Positions 1-8,798 of a stretch of DNA of 64,000 nt are shown one piece after another. Position 1 is the stretch's first letter. Every line of letters begins with the position of its first letter. The stretch is from assembly GCA_044375655.1 (NCBI GenBank), contig JBILMF010000001.1:36727-100726 (forward strand), read 5' to 3'. The position numbers and the translations under genes were made by a program. The notes beneath the pieces were generated by a model. That model was given only the letters and a program-made list of their open reading frames with translations. It had not been told where the DNA came from and did no database searches. The stretch is from Steroidobacteraceae bacterium. GTDB lineage: Bacteria; Pseudomonadota; Gammaproteobacteria; Steroidobacterales; Steroidobacteraceae.

Positions 1-2
1 CA

Positions 3-1274
3 CGCAGCGGTAATCGTTCCGGCGCAATCACGCAGCTCGCCGAAGCGCGCCGCCTGCTGCTCTCCCTTGGCGCGCAGAACCCTGAAAATGTAGTCGACGC
101 TGCCGAACTCGTGCGCACCAACTGGCTCTATGGCGAGGTGCTGCGCAATGCGGGGCAGACAACCGAGGCGCTGCCTCTGCTGCGCGAGGCCGTGGTGATC
201 GCCGATGGCATCCTTGCGCGCAATCCCGCCCACCGACCGGTGCTGCGTGCCAAGGCCACGGCACTGAGCCAGCTCTCGCAAGTGGAAGCCGACCGGCTGC
301 GATACGCGGCTGCACTCGACATCGCCAGAGAGGCGACGCGTATCAACGAATCGATCTCGACGCTGGAGCCCAAAGAATCACGCAACAACCTGCGCGTCAC
401 AAGGGGATACGAGGCCACGGCACTGTCTGAACTCGGTCGCGTGGCCGAAGCGGCCAAGGCGTCCGCAGCAGCCATCGAATTCCGCGCGGGCGAGTCGATA
501 GGCGGGTTCGCGTTGTTCAACATGGCGCGCGGCTTGAGCGAGCGGGCTGTCATCGCCGCAATCGAGGGCAAGGACGACGACGCCAGATCTCTTCTTGCAC
601 GCGCCAGGGACGCCGCCGCGGAGCATGCCAAGGTCAACCCGAACAAAATCGATAACGGCTTGTTGAGGGCGGGTTATTCGCTGACGCTTGCGCAGATCCA
701 GCTGCTGCGGCGCGATACAGCGGGTGTCGAGGCGGCAATGGCGGAGCCGATCGCGGCAGTCGATGCGTTGCGGCAAGACGATCCAGCCAGCAACCAGCAG
801 TCTTTCGGCTTGCTGACCTCGGCGCTCGCAACGGCAGCTGAGGCTGCGGCGTTGCAAGGCGCCCATGCGCGGGCGGAGCAGCACGCCCGTGCGGAGCTGC
901 AGGAATGGCGTCGCGACAAGAATCCTTCGCTCTTCGACCAGCGCGCCGCCCACGGCGCGCGCGTCCGTCTCGCGCTGGCGCTTGCCCGACAGGGCAAACT
1001 CGCCGAAGCGAATGCCACGCTGCGGCCGGTACTCGACTTCTTCGCGCTGCCGGCGGTCCGCGCCAGCGACTCCGTGTTGCTCAACGCCGAGCATGCGCGG
1101 GCGCTGCTCGCCGCGGCGCTCGCCAATCCGTCACGGCGCAGCGAACTGCTCGCCGAGTCGAAGCGCCGCTTCGACTCGATGCCGCTGGCCGTGCGACGAC
1201 TCGGCAACCTCGCGCTGACCAGCGAAGAGATCGAGCGGGAGATTCGCCGCGGTCCGACAGCCACGAGGAACTGA
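3..1274 (+). CDS. All-alpha TPR-like repeat protein, 5'-truncated by the window edge
   Basis: The frame of track ORF 111..1274 stays open back to nt 3, so the GTG at 111 is probably internal. The sequence is Ala/Leu/Arg-rich helical repeat with no TM segment. Stop TGA 1272-1274 overlaps the ATG at 1274 of the next gene (TGATG). Confidence 0.6.
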   Translation, partial: RSGNRSGAITQLAEARRLLLSLGAQNPENVVDAAELVRTNWLYGEVLRNAGQTTEALPLLREAVVIADGILARNPAHRPVLRAKATALSQLSQVEADRLRYAAALDIAREATRINESISTLEPKESRNNLRVTRGYEATALSELGRVAEAAKASAAAIEFRAGESIGGFALFNMARGLSERAVIAAIEGKDDDARSLLARARDAAAEHAKVNPNKIDNGLLRAGYSLTLAQIQLLRRDTAGVEAAMAEPIAAVDALRQDDPASNQQSFGLLTSALATAAEAAALQGAHARAEQHARAELQEWRRDKNPSLFDQRAAHGARVRLALALARQGKLAEANATLRPVLDFFALPAVRASDSVLLNAEHARALLAAALANPSRRSELLAESKRRFDSMPLAVRRLGNLALTSEEIEREIRRGPTATRN

Positions 1275-3544
1275 TGCCCGACATCTTCCTCTCCTATTCG
1301 CGTGACGATCAGGCGCGGGCGAAGCTCTTCGCCGAGGCCTTTGCGCGCGAGGGTTTCGAGGTGTGGTGGGACGTCGGCCTGCGGGCCGGGGAGGCCTACG
1401 ACGCGGTCACCGAGCAGGCGCTGCGCGATGCCAAAGCCGTGGTCGTGCTCTGGTCACGGCGCTCGGTAGCGAGCCGCTGGGTCCGTGCCGAAGCCACCAT
1501 CGCGCTGCGCAGCAATACTTTGGTGCCGGTGACCATCGAGCCCTGCGAGCGACCGATCATGTTCGAGCTCACGCATACCGCGGAGCTCACTCACTGGACG
1601 GGTGATGCGGCAGACCCCGCCTTCCGCAGTTTCATCGACGGTCTGCGTGGTTTCGTCGCACACGGCACAGCCACGAAGGCAACGACGTCAGCGGCAGCCA
1701 GCGGCGGCGATAACGTGTCGAGTTCGAGGTTGGCCGCAGGTCTCAAAGGTCTGTCGCGGCGACAGGTACGCCTGCCAATTTTGGTCGCGCTGATCGGCGC
1801 GGTCGGTCTCGCCGCGCTCGGCTTTGCGATCTCGCGGACGCTGCAACCGACCACCGGGAGCGCCACCACTCGCGTCGCACAGGTCGACATCAACCTACCC
1901 GCCGGCTATGTGATCGGCCCAGGCCTGCTCGAGCCGGTGGCGATCTCCCACGACGGCACCCGCCTCGCCTTCGTCGCCCTCAAGGACGACAAGTCGGCGC
2001 TCTTCGTACGCGCGCTCGACGAACCCGACGCCAAGCGACTCGACGGCACCGACGGCGCGGACGCGCCGTTCTTCTCGCCCGACGATCGCTGGATCGGGTT
2101 CTTCGCCGGCGGCAAGTTGCGCAAAGTACCGGTCGGTGGGGGTGCCGCGCAGGTACTGGCCGACGCCAACTTCCCCCGCGGCGGCGACTGGAGCGATGAC
2201 GGCTACATCTATTTCGCACCGACCAACTCCGGCAGCATCTGGCGCATCCCGGAGGCCGGCGGCACACCGACCGAGGTCACCCAGCTCGACGCCGGCAAGG
2301 GCGAGGTCTCGCATCGTTGGCCGCACCGCATCCGCGGTACCGACACCCTGCTCTTCTCAGCCTGGACGGGACCGGGCGATGACGAGGCTCGGCTAGCGGT
2401 GCAGTCGGTCGGGACGGCGGGGCACCGCTGGCTCGTCGAGGGCAACCGACCGCGCTATGACGCCCGTGCCGAAGTTCTGGCGTACCGGTACGGCAGCCAG
2501 TTTCTCACCGTGCCGTGGAATCCGTCGCAAGCGGATTTCGGCAAAGCGGCTCCGACGCAGGCGGCAGTTCAGCCTACCGACGGCGGGCGCAACGAGGGCA
2601 CAGGCAACTTTGCGTTCGCCGAGAACGGCACGCTCGTCTATCTGCGCACCGCCGAATCCCTGAGTGCCGCCCAGTTGAGCTGGGTCGACCGCGCGGGCAA
2701 GTCCACGCCCCTGCCGCTGCCACAACGCAAGTACGAGAACGTGGCGGTGTCACCCGACGGGTCCCGGGCTGTCTTGCAGATTCGCGAGGGCACGACCCGG
2801 CTGTGGGTCTACGATTTCGTACGCAGCACACTAACCCCGTTGCCCACCGGACCGGGCTCCAGCCAGGCACCGGTATGGAGCGCCGACAGCAGGCATATCT
2901 TTTATCGCGGTACGCGGCAGGGAACACGCAACCTCTACCGTATCGCTGCTGACGGCTCCGGCGAGGAAGAGCGGCTGACCTCAAAGCCTGGTGTCGTCCA
3001 GACCCCCATCTCGGTATCTAAAGATGGTCAAATCCTTCTCTACAACGAAAATGGGCCGACAGAACGGTTTGAAGCAGGTGCGTGGATGCTGCCGCTCGCG
3101 GCCAATCAGCAAGCGCGTCGACTGTTCCCGGCAGCGGTCGATGCCGCCAATGCCCATCTGTCACCCGATGGTCGTTGGGTGGCCTACGAAGCGAGGGTGG
3201 CTTCGCGGGCGGAAATCTTTGTCGCCCCGTTTGGTGGTGATGGCGAGCGACGGCTCATCTCGACCGATGGCGGCGAGCAGCCACTCTGGTCACGCGACGG
3301 TCGCGAGCTGTTCTTCAATTCGCCGCGAGGCCTGATGGTCGTCGACATCGGAGTAGCCGGGAAATTGGCCCCGAGCTCCCCGCGACTCCTGCTGGCCGGC
3401 CCGTTCACCATCCGCCAGGTCAATAACAACACCATGTACGGCATCGCGCCCGACGGCAGCCGCTTCCTGCGTATCCAGTCGGTGGCGCAGAACCAGAACA
3501 TCCGGGACATCGAACTGGTCTTCAACTGGCTCGAGGCACGCTGA
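1274..3544 (+). CDS. Membrane-anchored TIR protein A: TIR domain, single TM, periplasmic TolB/PD40-like beta-propeller
   Basis: In-frame ATG at 1274 inside track ORF 905..3544. The N-terminus MPDIFLSYSRDDQ...AVVVLWS...SRWVRAE carries TIR_2-type motifs. One hydrophobic helix (LPILVALIGAVGLAALGFAI) follows an SRRQVR cluster. The C-terminal ~550 aa has repeated PD40-like motifs: FFSPDDRWIGF, VSPDGSRAV, WSADSRHIFY, LSPDGRWVAY, WSRDGRELFF. Confidence 0.85.
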   Translation: MPDIFLSYSRDDQARAKLFAEAFAREGFEVWWDVGLRAGEAYDAVTEQALRDAKAVVVLWSRRSVASRWVRAEATIALRSNTLVPVTIEPCERPIMFELTHTAELTHWTGDAADPAFRSFIDGLRGFVAHGTATKATTSAAASGGDNVSSSRLAAGLKGLSRRQVRLPILVALIGAVGLAALGFAISRTLQPTTGSATTRVAQVDINLPAGYVIGPGLLEPVAISHDGTRLAFVALKDDKSALFVRALDEPDAKRLDGTDGADAPFFSPDDRWIGFFAGGKLRKVPVGGGAAQVLADANFPRGGDWSDDGYIYFAPTNSGSIWRIPEAGGTPTEVTQLDAGKGEVSHRWPHRIRGTDTLLFSAWTGPGDDEARLAVQSVGTAGHRWLVEGNRPRYDARAEVLAYRYGSQFLTVPWNPSQADFGKAAPTQAAVQPTDGGRNEGTGNFAFAENGTLVYLRTAESLSAAQLSWVDRAGKSTPLPLPQRKYENVAVSPDGSRAVLQIREGTTRLWVYDFVRSTLTPLPTGPGSSQAPVWSADSRHIFYRGTRQGTRNLYRIAADGSGEEERLTSKPGVVQTPISVSKDGQILLYNENGPTERFEAGAWMLPLAANQQARRLFPAAVDAANAHLSPDGRWVAYEARVASRAEIFVAPFGGDGERRLISTDGGEQPLWSRDGRELFFNSPRGLMVVDIGVAGKLAPSSPRLLLAGPFTIRQVNNNTMYGIAPDGSRFLRIQSVAQNQNIRDIELVFNWLEAR

Positions 3545-3548
3545 TGTT

Positions 3549-3577
3549 TTGACATCTGATGCGCTGAAAAATAACAT
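3549..3577 (+). promoter_or_regulatory. Sigma70-type promoter of vapBC with overlapping inverted repeat; predicts a leaderless or near-leaderless transcript
   Basis: TTGACA at 3549-3554, 17-nt spacer, TAACAT at 3572-3577. The vapB ATG at 3586 lies only 8 nt after the -10 box and has no SD. Inverted repeat TGATGCG (3557-3563) / CGCATCA (3580-3586) brackets the -10 box. Confidence 0.45.
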
Positions 3578-3585
3578 CACGCATC

Positions 3586-3873
3586 ATGCGCACGACGATT
3601 GATATCGACGACCCCATCCTCAAGAAACTCAAGGCTATCCAGGCGCGCGACGGTCGCTCCCTCGGTCGACTGGTGTCAGACCTCCTCGCGCAGGCGCTCG
3701 CCAGCAATGTGAAAGAGGTCGCGCCGCAGTACTTCGTGTGGGCTACCAGCCCCGGGCCGCTGCGGGTAGACCTGGCCGACAAAGATGCCGTTTATGCGGC
3801 GCTCGATGAGACGCAAGACGATCCCCGCGACAGCGCGCGCGACGACGCCCCACTGAAGCCGCCGCGCGCATGA
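3586..3873 (+). CDS. vapB: Type II antitoxin, VapB family (MRTTIDIDD-type)
   Basis: The N-terminus MRTTIDIDDPILKKLKAIQARDG is typical of VapB/Rv0623-like antitoxins. It is small (95 aa), and its stop overlaps the start of a PIN gene (ATGA at 3870-3873). Confidence 0.7.
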   Translation: MRTTIDIDDPILKKLKAIQARDGRSLGRLVSDLLAQALASNVKEVAPQYFVWATSPGPLRVDLADKDAVYAALDETQDDPRDSARDDAPLKPPRA

Positions 3874-4304
3874 GCTTTGCAATCGACGTCAATCTCCTCG
3901 TCTACGCCTCCGCGAAAGGCGCCCCGCAGCATGCGGCAGCTGATGCCTTTCTGCGCGACTGTGTGCGCGGCCCGGAGGTGTTTTATGTCGCGTGGCTGAG
4001 TCTCATGAGCTATGTACGTCTCGTGACCCATCCAAAGATTCTGCGCAACCCGCTCACCTCCGCGCAGGCGCAGCGCAACATCGAAGCGCTGCTCCGCGTG
4101 CCTCACTGCCGGACGCTCACGGAGCAGGAGGGATTCTGGTCGGTGTATCTCGAGTGCACGCAGGGTCAGCCGGTCCGCGGCAATGACGTACCCGATACCC
4201 ACCTCGCGGCGATCCTCAAGCAGAACGGCGTGACGCGGCTCTACACCGCCGATCGCGACTTCCGCCGCTTCGATTTCCTGAAGGTCATCGATCCGATCGG
4301 CTAA
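3870..4304 (+). CDS. vapC: Type II toxin, PIN-domain ribonuclease VapC
   Basis: Acidic PIN residues sit in IDVNLLVYA, NDVPDTHLAAI and YTADRDFRRF. It is 144 aa and translationally coupled to vapB. Confidence 0.8.
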   Translation: MSFAIDVNLLVYASAKGAPQHAAADAFLRDCVRGPEVFYVAWLSLMSYVRLVTHPKILRNPLTSAQAQRNIEALLRVPHCRTLTEQEGFWSVYLECTQGQPVRGNDVPDTHLAAILKQNGVTRLYTADRDFRRFDFLKVIDPIG

Positions 4305-4345
4305 GCGTCCGGCGCCCATCGGCGGTCGCCTGCGAGTCGACAGTT

Positions 4346-6373
4346 TCAGTCGGGTTTGCGCACCAACTGCTCGTCGGCCAGCCCTACTGAGCGCAGGAAG
4401 GTGGCCCAGCGTGGGTGGGTATACAAGGGACGGAAGAGATAGTTGATCTTCATCCAACCGATACCCGGGTCGCGCACGTCGCGCATTGTCTCGACCTGGA
4501 TCATGGCGCCGTCGAAGTCCCCCGCAGCGGCGAGCAGCGCGCCGAGATAGGCAGGGTAGTCGCCCAGTTTCTCGAGATTGGCGCTTTTCGATTTTGTTTC
4601 CGAGATGATCTCGCGCAGTCGGCGCTGGTCGCCGCGACCTGCCGCAACGAGTCCCTGGACGAACAGTCTCGTGAGCAGGTCGGGCTCATCGAGGCCGAAC
4701 TGCTCCGCTTCGTCGAGCCGACCGAGCTCTACGAGCACGAGCCCCATGAAGCCTCGGTACCGCTGCCCCTGCGGCGAAAGCTCGAGCGCACGACGGAACC
4801 GGGTTTGCGCATCGATAAACTGATCGCTGAAGCGATAGATGAGTCCCAGGTCGAACTGCGTGGCCGGGTTGAGCGGATCGAGTCCCAGCGCTCGTCCAGC
4901 GAGATCCAGAGCCTCCGCCTTGCGACCGATCCCGACCTTGAGCACGGCAGTCGAGACGAGCACGTCCGTGTCGCTCGGCCGCTGCGCGAGGGCGCGATCG
5001 AAGGCCCGCTCGGCCTCGAGCCACTTCCAGTCCGCGGTTCGCAACATCCAGCCGTGAGCGACCAGCACCTCGGGGCTGTCGGGCTCCGCAGCCAGCGCCG
5101 GTGCGAGCGCCGCCTTCGCGGCCGCCCACGCATCCCTCGGCACCATGCCGCCCCAGCGGCCGAGCTGGACATAGGCCCGCGCCTGCTGGACGCGAGCGGG
5201 TACGAAGTCAGGATCGCGTTCGAGTGCACGCTCGAAGAGCGTGAGCGACTGCTTCAGGTTGTCGATCCCTGCGCGGCTCGCGAGCGCGCGGCCCTCGAGG
5301 TAAAGCCGGAACGCTTCGGGCTCTACCTGCCGGGCGGTAGCGGTCGCCGCCTGCGTGAGCTGCGGCGAGATATTCCGGGCGACAAGTCCCGCGATCTCGT
5401 CCTGTACCGCAAAGATATCCTTGAGATCTCGGGTAAAGCTGTCGCTCCATACCTGGAAGCCGTCGGTCGCCTGCACGAGCTGCACGCTGATACGCACCTT
5501 GTCGTCCGAGCGGCGCACGCTGCCCTCGACGATGTAGGCGACGCCCAGCTGACGGGCGATCTCAGGGATTGGCACCTCCTTGCCCTTGAAGGAAAAGGCC
5601 GAAGTCCTGGCCGTGACCTTGAGATTCGGGATCCTCGCCAGAACATTGATCAGCTCCTCGCTGATCCCTTCGGAGAAGAACTCGTTATCGGTCTCGTCCG
5701 AAAGATTGGCGAAGGCGAGCACGGCGACCGAGTTGTTGGTGATCGCCCGCTGCGCTGAAGCGGTCGACGTCGGCGAGGAAGATACCGTGGGCGATGATGA
5801 TCGCCAGCCCATCACACCCACCGCAGTGGCGAGTAGTGCGAGTACGCCGACGACTGCGGCGATGAGGGTACGACGCGAGAGGCCGGCGCCCGGTCCGGAA
5901 GTGGGGGGTGCCGATGCAGGTGCCGGAAACGCCTTGGGGGCCATGCTGGCCGCAGTCGTCGCGGTTCCGGTCGCGGACTTCTCGCGCGCGACGAAGCCGC
6001 GCAGGTCCTCGATGAAGCTGCGGAACGCCGGGTCTGTCGCATCGCCCGTCCAGTGCGTGAGCTCCGCGGTATGCGTGAGCTCAAACATGATCGGCCGCTC
6101 GCAGGGCTCGATGCTCACGGGCACGAGCGTGTTGCTGCGCAGCGCCAGCGTTGCCTCGGCCCGCACCCAGCGGCTCGTCACCGAGCGCTGCGACCAGAGC
6201 ACGACCACGGCCTTCGCGTCGCGCAGCGCCTGCTCGGTGACCGCGTCGTACGCCTCCCCGGCACGCAGACCGACATCCCACCAGACCTCGAACCCCTCGC
6301 GCGCAAAGGCCTCGGCGAAGAGCTTCGCCCGCGCCTGATCGTCACGCGAATAAGAGAGGAAGATGTCGGGCAT
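4346..6373 (-). CDS. Membrane-anchored TIR protein B: TIR domain, single TM, TolB-N/FlgO-like module, TPR repeats
   Basis: I chose the ATG at 6373 because it matches the start of paralog A; the TTG at 6421 would overlap the upstream gene. The TIR region differs from protein A at about 7 of the first ~131 residues. TM helix LIAAVVGVLALLATAVGVMGW follows LSRRT. Next comes SVAVLAFANLSD...YIVEGSVRR...VRISVQLV, then several TPR-like repeats (ALERDPDFVPARVQQARAYVQLGRW, ALGLDPLNPATQFDLGLIY, ALELSPQGQRYRGFMGLVLVELGR). Confidence 0.85.
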   Translation of the reverse strand: MPDIFLSYSRDDQARAKLFAEAFAREGFEVWWDVGLRAGEAYDAVTEQALRDAKAVVVLWSQRSVTSRWVRAEATLALRSNTLVPVSIEPCERPIMFELTHTAELTHWTGDATDPAFRSFIEDLRGFVAREKSATGTATTAASMAPKAFPAPASAPPTSGPGAGLSRRTLIAAVVGVLALLATAVGVMGWRSSSPTVSSSPTSTASAQRAITNNSVAVLAFANLSDETDNEFFSEGISEELINVLARIPNLKVTARTSAFSFKGKEVPIPEIARQLGVAYIVEGSVRRSDDKVRISVQLVQATDGFQVWSDSFTRDLKDIFAVQDEIAGLVARNISPQLTQAATATARQVEPEAFRLYLEGRALASRAGIDNLKQSLTLFERALERDPDFVPARVQQARAYVQLGRWGGMVPRDAWAAAKAALAPALAAEPDSPEVLVAHGWMLRTADWKWLEAERAFDRALAQRPSDTDVLVSTAVLKVGIGRKAEALDLAGRALGLDPLNPATQFDLGLIYRFSDQFIDAQTRFRRALELSPQGQRYRGFMGLVLVELGRLDEAEQFGLDEPDLLTRLFVQGLVAAGRGDQRRLREIISETKSKSANLEKLGDYPAYLGALLAAAGDFDGAMIQVETMRDVRDPGIGWMKINYLFRPLYTHPRWATFLRSVGLADEQLVRKPD

Positions 6374-6384
6374 ACGTCGTCTGC

Positions 6385-8712
6385 TCAATCGTCTTTGGGT
6401 TGCTCGAGCAATGTCGGCCAATTGGTCACGAGGCGGAAGCCGAAGGTCGAGGACGGGATAGTCGGGACATTGAGCAGCAGGCGCTCGCCGTCCGCCGTAA
6501 CGTCTTCAAAGATCGGTCGGTCCGTCTCGGGTTGTTCCGGCAGGCGGAAGAGGAGTGTCGGCGCGGGAGGTCGGAAATCGGCGTCCTCGGCGACCTGTAC
6601 CGACATCAGATCGCCACTCGGAGCGGCAAACAGCAGTTCGCGGCCGCCACGCGTCCAGCGCGGTCGGAACCCGCCAGCGCTCGACACCTGCCACTGCTGG
6701 GCGGCGCCTGAGGTCGGCCGGACGTAGACCTCGCGATTGCCGGATTCGTCCGACACGTAAGCAACCCAACGGCCGTCCGGAGAGACATCGACGTGGTCCT
6801 GAGAGCCTGCCGCCTTCAGGATGATCGTCGGGCTGGGTTTTGGCGCGGCGAGATCGATCCGCATGATGTCGTAGTCGCTGCCCGGAAACTGTTCGGCGTA
6901 GAACAGAGTACGGCCGTCCGCGAGGACACGCCCCGGATCCTTCCAGCCGCCAGACGAATGGATCACCTGCATGTCCGCACCGTCATCCAGCGACTTGATG
7001 CAGAGATCGCCCACATCCTCGATGCGACATCCGAACACAATCCGTTTCGAGTCGTTGAGCCACGCGGGCGAATTGTATCCGCGGGCATCACGGGACAACC
7101 GCAGGCGTCGCCCTTCGCGAACGTCAGTTAACCACAGGCTTGATTCTCCGTAGAACTCGCCGACGACGGTAGCGATCTTGCTGCCGTCCGGCGAGAGCCG
7201 TGGCCAAAAATACCGGTCCACCGGACCCACGCTCCCCTGAAGGTTGCCGCGGCGGTCCACCCACAGCAGTCGGGATTCGCGCTCCAGGATCGAACTCGGC
7301 AGGAACAGCAAGGCACCCGAATCGGAGGCCGAGAAACCCATGAACCCTCGCGCCGGGTACCCGGCGATCTGGCCGACCGGAACGGGCATGGGCTCCCCGA
7401 CGATTTCGAGTCGATCCATGTCGAGACGTACCGCGAGCAGGTCCGCCTTGCGCCCGAAGAGCAGGTAACCGGGGTCGACGTACTGGGGATTGGACGCGCC
7501 GCTGAGCAGCAGACGCGGCGCATCACCCTGCAGATTGGCCAACATGAGACGCGCCGTTTCGGGCGTGTCCATCGATCCCGAAACCATCGCCAGAAAGACA
7601 AAATGCTGTCCATCGGGCAGGAACGCAGGCCAGCGGTAGGAATCCGGCGCCTTGGCACGCGCCACTTCGCGCGTTGGCCCCCCGGAGGCGGACACCGCGT
7701 GCAAGCCGGAGGCGATATCGCGCGAAAACAGGATCACATCGTCGCGGTTCCACGTGCCCCCGCGCCCCTGCGGCGCATCGGCCAGCACCTGCGCTGCGCT
7801 GCCGCGCAAATCCAGCTTCTTGAGCTTGCCGTCCGCGAAGAAACCGACCTGCAGGCCGTCGGGTGACCAGAACGGGTAGTAGCCACCCGTTGTTCCCGGC
7901 AATGCGCGCGGCGTCGCGGAGGATAAATCGCGCACGAACAACTGGCGCTCGCCGCTTCTGGTCCGGGCTGAGAACACGGCCTTGCGTCCATCCGGCGACA
8001 GGGCCGCGCCGAGTTCGAACGAACGAAGCAGCGTTGCATCCGCCGGCGGATCGAGGCTCGCGATGATGGGTTCCCGGAGTGGCGGATTACCCGGTCGCCA
8101 ACCGGTGAGCAGCGCTGTGAGCGCTCCGACCGCCAGCAGCGCGCAGCCCGTGGCGACAGCCCAAGCCACGCGCTCACGGCGCGAGCTGAGGGTGCGCAGT
8201 TTGGGTTTCAGCGCGGCGGGCGGTTCGGTCTTTGTCGTCGCGACCGCGCCGTCCTCGGCGGGTAGGGCGGCGATGGCCCGGGCCAACTCCTCGACCCGGT
8301 CCTCGATCCGGCCGCTGAAGCCGTCCGTCCAGTGATGCCTCGCGAGATAGAGTTCGAGCGAGCGGCCGGGCTGCACATCCTCGACCCGAAAGGTCAGGAT
8401 CGGCTTGCCGAGCGTGAAGGCGCGGTTTACCTCGTTCTTGACGAACGGCGCCTTGTTCGCGGCCGAGGAAAGAACGAGCAGAAAGACCGAGGTCGAGTCG
8501 ATGGCGTCGAGGATTGCCTCGTCCCACACTTTGCCGGGCACCACATCGCGCGGACCGATCCAGCAGGGCAGGCCGCGCGCCTCCAGCAGCGCACAGACTT
8601 CCATCGCGAGCGCGTGGTCGTTGTTCGAGTGGGAGATGAAAATGCGGGCCGGTTGTCGGACGTCGCTCAAGGAGCCCCCATCACTTTGCTTGCCGGAGTA
8701 TCTTGCGGACAT
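6385..8712 (-). CDS. Membrane-anchored TIR protein C: divergent TIR domain, single TM, TolB/PD40-like beta-propeller
   Basis: TIR_2 motifs: RIFISHSNNDH, VWDEAILDAI, VFLLVLSS, PFVKNEV. TM helix VAWAVATGCALLAVGALTALLTGW follows SSRRER. PD40-like motifs: LSPDGRKAVF, FWSPDGLQVGFF, LSPDGSKIA, VSPDGRWVAY, WTRGGRELLF. The stop lies 11 nt before the start of gene B. Confidence 0.85.
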   Translation of the reverse strand: MSARYSGKQSDGGSLSDVRQPARIFISHSNNDHALAMEVCALLEARGLPCWIGPRDVVPGKVWDEAILDAIDSTSVFLLVLSSAANKAPFVKNEVNRAFTLGKPILTFRVEDVQPGRSLELYLARHHWTDGFSGRIEDRVEELARAIAALPAEDGAVATTKTEPPAALKPKLRTLSSRRERVAWAVATGCALLAVGALTALLTGWRPGNPPLREPIIASLDPPADATLLRSFELGAALSPDGRKAVFSARTRSGERQLFVRDLSSATPRALPGTTGGYYPFWSPDGLQVGFFADGKLKKLDLRGSAAQVLADAPQGRGGTWNRDDVILFSRDIASGLHAVSASGGPTREVARAKAPDSYRWPAFLPDGQHFVFLAMVSGSMDTPETARLMLANLQGDAPRLLLSGASNPQYVDPGYLLFGRKADLLAVRLDMDRLEIVGEPMPVPVGQIAGYPARGFMGFSASDSGALLFLPSSILERESRLLWVDRRGNLQGSVGPVDRYFWPRLSPDGSKIATVVGEFYGESSLWLTDVREGRRLRLSRDARGYNSPAWLNDSKRIVFGCRIEDVGDLCIKSLDDGADMQVIHSSGGWKDPGRVLADGRTLFYAEQFPGSDYDIMRIDLAAPKPSPTIILKAAGSQDHVDVSPDGRWVAYVSDESGNREVYVRPTSGAAQQWQVSSAGGFRPRWTRGGRELLFAAPSGDLMSVQVAEDADFRPPAPTLLFRLPEQPETDRPIFEDVTADGERLLLNVPTIPSSTFGFRLVTNWPTLLEQPKDD

Positions 8713-8798
8713 CTTTTGGCGGATGCACGGACTATCTCCAGCCCACTGGAACGATGCCGGTGGGCAACCCTATCTGGAATTTTCGTCCGTTGACCGCC

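Noticed and set aside
905-1273. N-terminal extensions of track ORFs. Examples: 905-1273 before the TIR gene, 24071-24568 before amtB, 23651-24295 before yifB, 26576-27484 before dapF, 28725-28952 before xerC, 49654-49893 before gor.
   Set aside because: The extensions overlap upstream genes or intergenic regulatory DNA and translate to Arg/Pro-rich junk. Internal starts reproduce canonical family N-termini or signal peptides.
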